This document shows, piece by piece, positions 28,101 through 42,218 of a DNA stretch of 64,000 nucleotides (position 1 is the first letter of the stretch; each line of letters begins with the position of its first letter). The notes beneath the pieces were generated by a model. It ran no database searches and was not told the DNA's origin. It worked only from the letters and a program-made list of their open reading frames with translations. The DNA is taken from the NCBI RefSeq assembly GCF_009914755.1, contig NC_060936.1. The stretch is one strand, 5' to 3'. Position numbers and translations under genes: made by a program. This stretch comes from the human T2T-CHM13v2.0 reference genome, Homo sapiens.

Positions 28101-28549
28101 TTTATCTATGTATATTAGTCAGGGTTCTCTAAGAGAGACAGAACTAATAGGATATATGGTTTAGCAATTTTTAAAATGGTTCAGGAAAATAATTTTAACC
28201 AATAATACTTTTAACAGTGAATCATTTTCAAATTTTGTCAAAGTATCCGTTACCATTGAAATTAAATTTTTCTTTTGATTTGATAATGTAACAAATTATA
28301 TTTATAATATTTCTAATGACTTTCAGTGTGCTAACAGTTAATAACTATCACCTGGAAAAATAAACCCAGGGAAAGCATCTTTGAAGAAAGACAACAAAGT
28401 AAATATAGTTTTAGACAAGTAATAACTACCAACACATTCTCAAAAGGAAAGGTGATTAAAAGATAAACTTCAAGAGGAAAGCATCCCAAATGAGAAAGCT
28501 TAAATGCAAGAAAGAATACTAGGCAAAAAGAATCATTTGGGTATATTTA

Positions 28550-29620
28550 AAAAGTGGTCTTAGGAAAATAATAGGTAATGTTTATATGTGAAATTAAAAA
28601 TTAATGACGATAGAGGTACTTTTCAGGAAAATATTATATGACTTGTCAATTTTAAAATAGAGCAAGTCTATAGATTAACTTTAGATATTTAGTTTAAGCT
28701 AAATATGTATGTGAAAATTGCTACTATAATCATAAAAAATAAAAATGCCATGCACATCTTTACATTAATAGAAGAAAAACTAGAGAGAAAAAATAATAAT
28801 AAACCCCCAGAAATTACAGAAAAAATACTAGAAAAAAATGAAAAAATAAGCAAAAATGAAGATATTTATATTAGTAATCATACTTGAAAATAAACGCATT
28901 TATTAATAGAAGTATTATTAATACAGAATATATATGGAATTATTTCATATGAATAAGAAAGCAAACTGTACAAAAATAAACAAAATCTCTAAAATTTCAA
29001 AAAATACATTAATAGGCATTTCATAGAAGTAGTTTTAATGGTTAAACAACAAATGAAAATATATCAAATATATTATTTTAATTATAAAAATACAAAATGA
29101 GACTAACATTCATTCCATATAATATCCATCAAGCGATCCAAGATAAAGCACTGGGAAGTCCCAAGTCCTAGTGAAGATGTGGAGCAACAGAAACTTGTAT
29201 GTGAACACACATAGGATAACTATCAATTGAAAAAATCACTTTTAAAAACAATTTTCCACTTTCTAGTAGATTTGAATATGTGCACACCTAAAGACTCAGG
29301 CTCTCCACCCAAAGTAACTGTCCCTAGAGAAATACTTGCACATGTGTATAGGAGATATATTGAAGGATATTCAAAGAAGCATTGCTTTCGGAATAGCAAA
29401 AATAATTGCAAAATAAAGAAAAGCTCTAAAATCATTCAGCAGGCAAAAGGATAAAAATATAGTGGTATTAGAATATAATGAAATACCATATAACACTGAA
29501 AATGAATTAACTATAGCTGTATGCATCAACATAGATTATTTCTCTAAAATAATATGTTAAATAAGACAAAAGCATGACACCAAAGAATGTATTTATTATT
29601 CTTCCATCACATAAAACTTT
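28550..29620 (+). mobile_element. old L1ME-type LINE relic
   Basis: gtgaagatgtggagcaacagaaact; ccctagagaaatacttgcacatgtg; atgcatcaacatag. Confidence 0.65.
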
Positions 29621-29639
29621 CAAAAAAGTTTTTGAAAAA

Positions 29640-30050
29640 AAGATTGAAAAGATGGTATATACACACATGAAATACTATGCGGCCATAAAAATAATAAAAT
29701 CATGTCCTTTGCAGCAACATGGGTGCAGCTGGAGACCATTATTCTAAGTGAAATTAAGGCAGAAAAAGAACCAAATACCACATATTCTCACTTGTAAGTG
29801 GGCGCTACACACTGGGTACTCATGGACATAAAGATGGGAATAGACACAGGGAGTATTAGAGGGGTGAGAGAGGGAGGGGGGCAGAGGCTAAAAAAACTAC
29901 CTATTGGGTACTATGCACACTACCTGGGTGATGGGATCATTCGCACCCCGAACTACAGCATCACATAATATACCCATGTAACAAACCTGCACTTGTACTT
30001 CCAAATCTAAAATAAAAGTTGAAACTATAAAATAAATAAATAAATAAAAT
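29640..30050 (+). mobile_element. L1PA15/16- or L1PB4-like 3' end
   Basis: atgtcctttgcagcaacatgg...ctacctgggtgatgggatcatt...acccatgtaacaaacctgcac; (TAAA)n tail. Confidence 0.85.
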
Positions 30051-30287
30051 AACAGACACTTGAAATGCTATCCCTGCTAAAGGCAGATAATAATCGCTTA
30101 TAAATTTCAACCATTCAATTAAAATTTATTTTTTACCTTTTGGACTACATGTTTTATTGAATAAATTATGACGTAATTTTTAGAGGAATAAGCAAATGCT
30201 AAATTGACAGAATTTTTATAATGAGGAAATACTATGCTTTAAAGTACAGCAAATTATTATTTTCTCATTACAAATATTATTTTTTCA

Positions 30288-30512
30288 TGCAAAGTAGGAT
30301 GACTATGGTTAACAATAATATATTATATAATTTCAAATAGCTAGAAGGAGGATGCTGAATGTTCCCAAAGCCAAGAAATGATATATATTTGAGATGACGG
30401 ATATGCTAATTACTCTGACCTGGTTAGTATAAAGCATTACTATGTACCCCATGAATATGCACAATTATTTGTCAAAAACATAAAATAAAATCTAAAATGC
30501 AAAATAAAAAAA
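30288..30512 (+). mobile_element. L1MA-type 3' end
   Basis: gtaggatgactatggttaacaataat...caaatagctagaaggag...ggatatgctaattac. Confidence 0.8.
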
Positions 30513-31249
30513 AGGGAGAAAAATTATTCACATGTACATAGAAAAACTCCTAAAAAGCAAAGAATGATTACAGTAAAATTCAGAATATTAATTACTTTGT
30601 AGGTAGGAAATGCAATCTGGAGCATCCTCAGAGCAGGTTTGAAAGTTTTTATCAATAGTCTACTTTTAAACAATATTTTATATATAGGTACATGTGTATA
30701 CACATATATACTATACTATATATAATATGTATAATAATCTCACAATGTTATAAAATGATATATAATTTCTTCTCTTTCAGTTGAAATAAATCAAAATCTT
30801 TAAGAATATAAGTGTTTAATCTGAATCAAGTAAACTATTACACTGTATAATGCAATACAGTATAATATAATATATATCATCTAAAATATAGTATAATACA
30901 ATTTGGCAAATAGTAATGGCTGATATATCAGTTAAGGATAAGTTTTGAGTATTTCAAGGCAATTCTGACAATAAGGAGACAACATGAAAGCTGAGAAAAT
31001 CAAGAAATGATGTGGATGCAAATGCTTAGAAACAGCTTTAGCCTCTTCTCATTTTACATTCCTTGGAAGGACAACAGATGGATAGTTCTATATACAAAGT
31101 GAGAAGTGCAGGAGCTCCTGTAGGTCTGCAGGAGCCAGGGTTTGTGGTTCCACTTTAACAGTCATTGTTACATGACATACAATGTCACCTACCAGAATCT
31201 GGACAATATATTTTTACATTAATTACATAATTTAAGTTAAAGCATATTT

Positions 31250-31380
31250 GCAAGGTAAATATTATTCTCAATTTACAATCGGAAACACCAAAACTAAGAG
31301 AGATTAAGTTACCTGCTTAGTTATGTTGCAGTTAGTAAGGTCAGAACTGCAACCTCTGCTTCCCTATCTCGATCCAGTAG
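31250..31380 (-). mobile_element. MIR fragment
   Basis: attattctcaatttacaatcggaaac...agagattaagttacctgc resembles the MIR core. Confidence 0.6.
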
Positions 31381-31989
31381 TCTGATATTGCTGGATTGTA
31401 TTCAGGGACAGGATTGTTGAAGATGAACATCTGGAGAGAATTTCATCTTTGCTTCTTTAGTAATATCTATAATTTCTGCTTTTATAATTTTAGTATAAGT
31501 ATTACTCTTTCCTCCTAAAGTTCATCATAATTGGCCCTTAAACTTTCCATTCCTTCAAACAATGGCCAAACTTTTAGTTTAAAATAACACAGGTTATGTA
31601 GTTAACTATCCTTAGCTAACCCGACTTTCTCATTGAGAGCTACGGAAAATCCAAAATGAGAAAAGAAAAGTAAAGAAATCCAAAATGAAAAAAAAAAAAA
31701 GAGAAAAAAAAGACCACTTTTGGTCTTACCACCAAAAGTGATACTCACCATTAATATTTTGGAAGAATCTGAGAGAAGATTAGAAGACTGATTAACTTTA
31801 AAACTCTTTATCCCCATCTTCATATCTTCAAAATTTTAAAACAAAATGGATGTAACGAATCTTACAAGGATACATGTTTCACAGTTACATAAGGTTAAAA
31901 ATTTGAGAATGAATTGTGGCAAAAGGAAACGAGGGTAGGAAAATAAGATAAATCCAACAGTGAGGGTAGAAACCATAATTTACATACTT

Positions 31990-32440
31990 CACTGAGTCCA
32001 ACAATGTTTCTCCAAAATTCATGTCCACCTGTAACCTACAAATGTGACTCTTATTTGGAAATAGGGTCTGTGCAGATAGAATCAAATTAAGGTAAGTAAG
32101 ATCATACTGACTGGGAATGGGAATGTGGGTAACTCCTGTATGACTAGCACTCTTATAAGGTGAAGAAAATTTAGATACAGAGACACAAACTCAGGAGAAG
32201 ACTGTGAAGACAAAGGCAGAGATTGGAGTTACACAGCCAGTCAAAGAAAACCAAAAATTGCAAGCATCTAAGCTGTAAGAGGCAAAAAAGGATTCTTTCC
32301 TAGATCCTTCCACAGGAAGACCATCCTGCTGATACCTTGATTTCAAACTTCTAGCCTTCAGAACTGTGACAGAATAAATGTCTGTGTTAAGCCCTCCAGA
32401 TTATGGTAATTCGTCATGGCATCCTAGAAAACTAACATAT
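31990..32440 (+). mobile_element. MLT1C-type MaLR solo LTR
   Basis: ccaaaattcatgtccacc...tatttggaaatagggtc...aggcagagattggagt...cagaactgtgacagaataaat...gaaaactaaca. Confidence 0.85.
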
Positions 32441-32449
32441 GGCATGTAC

Positions 32450-32790
32450 AGTCATGTGCTGCGTAACATTTTTGGTCAGTGACAGACCGTACATATTATG
32501 GTGGTCGTAGAAGATTAAAATATCACATTTTTACAGTACCTTTTTCAAGTTTAGATATACAAATGCCATTATGTTACAATTACCTACAGCATTCAGTACA
32601 GTCACGTGTTATACATGTGTGTAGCCTAGGAACAGTTGGTCATATCCAGTGGCCTAGGTGTGTAGTAAGCTGCTTTTACCTCTTGGTTTGTAATATATAG
32701 TTATACAATTTATATAACTAATATAACAACCAAATTGTGTAATGATGCCTTTCTCAGAACATATCCCCATCATCAAGCAATATACTTATA
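32450..32790 (+). mobile_element. Tigger3a-type non-autonomous DNA transposon
   Basis: Starts ta|cagtcatgtgctgcgtaac, contains gcctaggtgtgtagta, ends ttctcagaacatatccccatcatcaagc; ~340 bp. Confidence 0.8.
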
Positions 32791-32932
32791 TATTATATTA
32801 TATGTAATATATATATTATATAATACAGTCTTATGTTTTGTATATAATATATCTTTAAAATATATGAGAAATTTTCAAAAAATTAAAGGCAGATTAAACT
32901 GAATGGAGAAATTTATTTAGCAATACAACCTC

Positions 32933-33155
32933 GGCCAGGCATGGTGGCTCACGCCTGTAATCCCAGCTGTTTGGAAGGCTGAGGCGGGTGGATCATTTGA
33001 GGTAAGGAGTTCGAGACCACCCTGACCAACATGGCAAAACCTCATCTCTACTAAATACAAAAAAACAAAATAGCCGGGCATGGTGGCGCATGCCTGTAAT
33101 CCCAGCTACTTGGGAGGCTGAGGCTGAGGCCAAAGAATCGTTCAAACCCAGGAGA
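32933..33155 (+). mobile_element. AluS-type SINE, 3'-truncated
   Basis: Left arm and part of the right arm; similarity ends after aaacccaggag and there is no A tail. Confidence 0.85.
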
Positions 33156-33962
33156 GTTTGCGATGTAAGAGGTTGTATGTGTTGAGTGATATAGTTCCAA
33201 GCAAAGTGCTCAAGGGTAGGAAAGAGAAAATAAGAGTTCTTCAAATCAATGTGTCCTAGGAATTTTAATTTTTAATGTACTCCATCAGTTTGGTCTGTCA
33301 GAGGACCAGGAGGATGGGTGTGATAATATCTCAATCCTGCTCAACAAAGAGGAATAATGAAGAAACTGGGCAAATAGCTAGGCATGTCAATCTGACATCA
33401 GATTAAAAAATATCAAAAAAGAAATTCTACTAATACTCAAGCTTGTATTAAGTAAAGCCAAAGCAAATCCGCATGATTTGTTTGTTGGCAAAAATAGTGT
33501 CAGGACAGATTAATCTTTGTTCTGGTATGAGTAACAAACCTTTGATAATTATTAGTATTTATAACAAAAGAACCAATTTAACAAAAAAAGAAATATTTTT
33601 TAAAAATACGTAGTTCTTAGAATCTCCAAAAGAGCCAGTCAGGTTGATGGATTTTCACCCAGGAGCCAATTCCTGCCAGATCCTTGGACTGCTCCAGTGA
33701 AGACCCCACTGACCTGTAGCTGGCCATAAAGATTATATTTTGAATGACTGGTGCTGGACCCCAAACTCCATGGCTGCTGCCTAGAAGCCAGACACCTCTA
33801 CTGGCACTCCCACCAGAAATAGATTCCGGGTAAAGCCTATGGCCTCATTTAGCCATTAGAGATTGTATTACACACCTGTGACAAGTCTGCCAGGCAGATT
33901 GGTGTTAACGCATTTCTGGTCAATTTTTTAAAAGATAAAGCTCACTGTGGGAAATTTCTTAA

Positions 33963-34749
<787 letters not shown>

Positions 34750-34980
34750 TAAAAACTAGAAAACATTTTTAAAATTTTTAAAGAAAGATCTCAATAATAT
34801 GGAAGAAAATATGGCCTCTTTGAAAGAGATTTAAGGAGCTTCAGGAAGAGAAGACATGGAGATGACAGTCAGTCTGGGATAAAGAAAAACTGCAAAAACC
34901 CTCAAACATGCAAAATCAAAATTTAAGTTACAATTAGTAGCAGTAAAAGCAAAACTGACTTTTAGAAAATTGAAAAAATA

Positions 34981-35805
<825 letters not shown>

Positions 35806-35889
35806 AGCTAAACAAAATGAAGTTTCCTTCAGAATGTTGAGGGAAAAGAACAAAAAAATGTAATAATTACTAACAGTGATTGAAGTTTC

Positions 35890-37070
35890 AGAATGCACCT
35901 GAATTGAGTGTTTTATATGCATCATTTCTTTTTATCAACACGGGAAACATAAGAAATGGGTAGTTATTGTCTCCATTTTATAATGATAACGTAATATTAA
36001 CAATAACACTGAGATGATTTTAATAATTAGTCCAGGATTACACAGCATAGTGGATAATATTGGTTACCCCCTCAATATACCATCTCCACTCCTTTTATAT
36101 CTTTCCAACAGAACTCCATTATGTGGGAAAAAAATCCATTTCTCTTCCACACCACCAGATATTTCAGAAAAAAAGATCACCATATCCCAAAGTTCCAGGA
36201 ACTGAATGTTATTTAGTCTAAAACAAGTACTTAATGGAATTCCTTTGCTGATTCATTCTGGCCCAAGTGTGGGTGTGTGCCCAAAGATGGCTTGATCAGC
36301 CTGAAGAAATAAATATTTGGGGCTAAGATTTTATTTGGTTCTCTGTTTTTCTAATCATAGTTTATAGAACACTGTGTAGTACAGTTAAAGTGAAACAGAA
36401 GTGTTAAATAGACTTGGGTTTTGATTTCTGGATCTGCCACTTGAAATTTGTTGGTAGCAGTGTTAAGCTGCAAGACATAAGCACCCCGGACCTCCCACTG
36501 ACTTGATCAATAAAGAAATTAACTATCTCATATAACCAGACGTATGGAGACAGAAAATTCTCTAGGCGCACTTAATGAACATCTCAATGGTGTCCTCGAG
36601 AAGCCAAGGTCTTCCTGTCACTTGTCTACACAGACTTCAGTGTTGGCCTGATGATAATCCTGGTTCCTTTGTGGGTATAAGAGGGCTGCCAGCCATAAGT
36701 GGAGCTCTATGTTTTCTTATCCTAAGGGACAGGCAGACTATTGGATCTTAGGGAAATCACTGAACTACTCAACAGACTGCAGGGATTTGTTAGGAAAATT
36801 TAACAGTATAGTTGAAGAGACATCAGAACCAGGGAATAGGGGCATCTCTGTGTCTGGAGATTAACCTAGCACTGGAATTCTAGTTACGTAAGATAATAGG
36901 TTTTTAAAATAATAACACTTTTTGAATCCGTAGTTTTGTTACTTGCAGCTAAAAGCATGATACAAGAACAATTAGTTTGCTACACACAACTTGTAAGTGC
37001 AAACCCAGAGATCTAAGTCCAAGACTATTTGACTCTTGTGGCTCACTTTTAATCACTATGCTGTCTTGAC
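35890..37070. mobile_element. nest of MIR and ancient LTR fragments
   Basis: MIR cores (ttattgtctccattttta; gacttgggttttgatttctggatctgccactt) interleaved with LTR-like ends (tttgttacttgcagctaaaagc). Confidence 0.45.
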
Positions 37071-38467
37071 AAATGATTAAGAATACAGAGAAGAAAGTTG
37101 TCACCTTTCTTCTTAAATTCAACCTGTGAATTTAAGATACCCTCCCCCCAAATAATCCAAAACTATCAGAATGGATGCAGCATTAATGTTTAAATAGCTT
37201 TTTCCAAAGCTTCAGAAAACCTGAAATTCAAAAGGATGCATTAATTATACTCAGAATTCATTTAAAAATTAAAGCAGGCACATAAATTGGTAATTTCTCT
37301 TCAAATTATAAGAATAACTATTAAAATATTACAATTATCCACACAAGAAAATTAGCAAATATTTATATCCAACCATGGAATAATTGGAGTGTGCTGTCAT
37401 TTAAATCCAAATGAATCATGCCAATTTTCCAACATAATTTAATCATTTAATCTAATTTACTTTTTTACATCTCTTCAGGTAAATTTACCACGGTCTGTTA
37501 AATAGAAGCTTAAATAATAACAGAAGCTCCCCAAAGATGTCAAAAAGCTAATCCTTGCTAAGCATTAGAGAATCTTCTCAACTGGAACATGTAGTTGTGT
37601 GGCAACCAGCTAATGCCTAATGATGCTCAGGAAATTAGTAGATTGGCCAATATGTTTCACAACATAATTCTTTTTTTTATTTAACTGGGAGCTGATTTCC
37701 TCATTCAAGGAAATTAGTACATCAAATAGGTTTTGGGGGTTTTGTTGTTTTTTGGAGGGGACCTGACAAAGTACTAGTCACTATAAGACATTAACTGTTG
37801 CTGGTATGGAGAATTCTTCTTTCCACTAAAGATATGTAACCCAATTTGTTTTTCCAGTAATTCTGGTTGTCAAGGGAGAACTTTGAGAACCATCTGATAT
37901 CCCTACTCTCTCAGAGCCTGCATAATCCAAACTGTTCTTGTGCTTATTTTATTTTATTTTTTTGGCGGGGAGGAGCGGGTTCTGACTGTACTTCTCTCTC
38001 ACATTTGTCTCCTTTTCTTCCTCATTGTTTGCCTGTATTTAGATTGTCATCAAATTAAATCACATCAAACTAGTCTCAAAATATCCAGATTAACATGAAT
38101 TTTCCCCTTCCTCTCTCTTCTGTATTTATAAAATGAATATCAGCTGTCATCCTTCTGTTAAAATGCTTTAATAGCTTTATATTATTTAATTTCATGGAAA
38201 AAATAAATCGAGGATTCTCTTTGCTGCATTCCTCATTAAATGAGTTGGAGACAAATCCTTTCACTGCCTCTTGCTGGGGCTATTGTTCCTTGTGGAAAAT
38301 CTGATCTCTGGAAGCATCCCTATTCTGCCCACTAGTGCAAGGAGAAAAAGACTCACAGGTGGTTCACATATGACAGAGTCCTGAAGAGGATAAGTTAGAT
38401 CACATTCACCTTGGGACTTAGTCTTAAGAAATTCTTAATTCTTATTCTCTTCATGTTCCTTGGTGGT

Positions 38468-38469
<2 letters not shown>

Positions 38470-38497
<28 letters not shown>
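38470..38497. repeat. (CT)n microsatellite
   Basis: About 14 perfect CT units. Confidence 0.95.
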
Positions 38498-38503
<6 letters not shown>

Positions 38504-39361
38504 ACTCACTATCTTTATCACTAGTGTGGAAAGATACTAATTGTGGAATTCCAGTTAATACTTAAGTTGAGGGCTGCCAAGGAGCCCATCAAATCAGCGC
38601 TTATTATTATGGCTCTCTTGGACTGACAACTAACATAGAGCAAAAAAAGTTCTTCCAGAAGTCTAAACCAGTCAAAGAGGGTTAAGTCGGTGGCTGAGGT
38701 AAAGGTCTAATGGTAATTAAGGTGGGAATTTGCTTAGTGTGCCTGTTATATGGTAATTTTCTTCGGAGACATCCAATGAGTTGACAGTGGCAACACAGGA
38801 TTCTAGGATTGAGAAATTTTTATCTCTGGCCAAAGAGTCTTATTTGCTATGCTTAATTGATTAATATTTGAAATAGGAGGGAGGGAGTCTTGGAATGTGA
38901 CCATGCTTTGTCTTTCTTAAAGCCATCTCCCCATTCTCTCCACTTACCCTGGTCTTTGGCAATACCTAAATAGTTCACTCTCTCACTCTTTTAGTAATAT
39001 CTTTGAAAATACCATTCCCCTTTTCATATATGCTGCAAACAGCCAGAAAACTCCTAATCTTTAAAGACTCAATATAAATATTATTTTTCTCTGTAATCCT
39101 GGGGAGACTTTATTATAAAACATCTAATAAACAATTATCATTGTTGTTTAATTCTTCAGTATGCTGCAAACTCCTGTGTGTAATTACTATGTTCTGTCTT
39201 TGTACTTCCAAAACATAAGACAGGCCCTTAAGCTTAGTGCACTTATTGTGTTTAAAAACACAGGATTTGGAACCAGAAAGATGAGATTAGAATATTAGCT
39301 CTGCTATTTTTATCTTTGAAAATATTATTAAAACATTCTAAGCTGAATATTATCGTATTTT

Positions 39362-40560
39362 TGTTCATTAATGTATTCATTCTTTAGTCTTTTCTTTATC
39401 CAAGAAATATATTGAAAACCTACCAGCATTCATTCCAGTTAGATACGTGTGTGTGTGTGTGTATATATATATATATGAACAAGATGAAATTATGTAGCAT
39501 ATTATAAGGTGGTAGATTAATTAGAAAAATAAAAATCAGGAAAAGGCAGTGGAAGTCTTGATAGGTAGCAGATGGTAATTGTAAATAAAGTGGTCAGATA
39601 AGTCTCAGTGACAAGCTGACATGTAAGCAATGATTTTTAAAAGGTAAAGGATATCTAGAGAAGTGTATTCCAGGAAGAAAGAACAACAGTGAAAAGTTCC
39701 AAAGGCAGGATTTTGACCGGCACATGGGCGGTAAACCAAGGACACCAGCGTAGCTACAGCAAGGGGAGCTTGATTGTGAAGGGCCTTGAAGGCCATTGGA
39801 AAAGTTTGGTTTTTCACTCCTGTCATGATGAGAGGCCAATGCAAGGGCTAAAACAGAAGAGAGAGAGATAATTTTACATTTCAATATAATCTTCTAGTTG
39901 TTGTGCAGGAGAGAGACCTGAAAGGATATGATTGCAGTGTTTCAAACAGATGATGTAAATTGGATTGGGTCACGTTATAGAGGTAGTGAAAATTAATTAT
40001 ATCCTAAAGACTTTATGAAGGTAGTCTTAGGAGATCTGTGAATATTAAATGTGAGATACCTATGACTGGAGATACTGAGAAAGTGTCAGATTTACAAGTC
40101 TTAAGTTCAGTAGATAGACCAAGGCTAAAACAGTTCATGAAGAAGTTGTCAGAAAGTGAGTGATAGCTAAAGCCAAGAACTTTGATGAGATTACTGAAAA
40201 AGGGAATGTCAATAGATGAGAAAAAGCTCATGGGATAATTATGGGTATATGTAAATATTCACATCCATGGAGATGAGAAAGAAACAGTAACTAATGAGAA
40301 AAAGAGATGAAGGTTATAGAATAACTATCAGTGTGGTGTATTAGAAGCTGAATAAAGCATTTCAAAGATCAGGTAGTCAACAGTACTCTGTGCTATTGAT
40401 AAGTCACAAAAGATAAAGACTAATAATTGACAAACAGACATGGGAACGTGAAAGTTATTGTTGACCTTGATAAGAGCAAATTTTGTGAAATAGTGAAAGA
40501 CAGATGCTGTGATTCTATGAAGGGTTAATCAGACATGGTTCAAAAGATAAGAAAAGTAGC
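39362..40560 (-). mobile_element. L2 LINE, fragmented (more at ~42410-42720)
   Basis: ttcattaatgtattcattc tail; attccaggaagaaagaacaacag; ggccttgaaggccatt; ttattgttgaccttgataagagca. Confidence 0.75.
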
Positions 40561-40875
40561 CTGTCTTTTGTATATATGTATACACATATATGAGTATATA
40601 CAAACACACACGTATATATGCTAAAAGTTTACATACATATAAATTCACATATAATAAGTATACATTTATTTACGTATATTACCTTTTAAAAATGTGTGCA
40701 CTGTTATGAAGGGGAACAAGTAAATGGGTTTGTGGTAGAAAGGGAATATGGAATTTCAGATACACACACACATACACACACACACACACACAAAGGGTGC
40801 AATGTCCTTGAATAGCTAAAAGATATTGGTATGTAACATACTACCCTCAAGTATAGTCAGAAAAAGATTCATCCT

Positions 40876-41528
<653 letters not shown>

Positions 41529-41981
41529 CTATATGGCTTCAGAATCAGGTAGATGTGTATATGGTATTTAATCTTGCAGAAGTAATCATCCATATTTATT
41601 TTCTATTGTTGCATAAAAAAATTACCACAAACTTAGTTGCTTAAAAACGACACATAAATGTTCATTATCTCACACTTCCAACAAGTCAGAAATAGCTGCA
41701 TCCAGTGCCTGGAGTCTCACCAGCCTGCAATCAAAGTGTCAGTCATGGCCGTGTTTTTTTCTAGGTCTTGAGGTATGTGTCCCAGCTCACATGGTGGGTG
41801 GCAGAATGTATTTCCTTATGCTTGCGGAACTCCTGACGGCTTGCTTCTTCAAAGCTTACAGTGAAGAGACAGATTCTCTGCTGCTTTGAGTGTATCTTCA
41901 GAGAAGGCCTAGACCGCTTTTAAAAACATACCCCTGATTAAATCAGACCCACCCAGGTAAGCGCCTATTAGATTAACTAAA

Positions 41982-42218
41982 ACAAGTGTTCTCTCCACAA
42001 AAATGATAAGTATTAGATTGATGCAAAAGTAATAATTGCCGTTAAAAGTAATGGCAGAAACCGCAACTACTTTTGCACCAACCTAATATATGCAATAATG
42101 CATACATAAATTAGCTTAATATAGCCATTCCATAATGTATGCATATTTCAAAACAAGTTATACTTGATAAATACTGTATATACATTTTTATTTGTCAGGT
42201 AAGGAAAATAAATAAATT
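41982..42218 (+). mobile_element. L1MA 3'-end fragment nested in MLT1
   Basis: aagtgttctctccacaaaaatgataag...aattagcttaatatagccattccataatgtatgcatatttcaaaaca...atttttatttgtca. Confidence 0.75.
42013..42086. mobile_element. MADE1 (Hsmar1-derived MITE) with TA TSD
   Basis: TIRs ttagattgatgcaaaagta and tacttttgcaccaacctaa, flanked by TA on both sides; short deletion in the left arm. Confidence 0.92.

Noticed and set aside
33610-33910. Moderately GC-rich unique-looking stretch
   Set aside because: No ORF, RNA motif or splice structure I can support; probably an old LINE/HAL1 5' relic.
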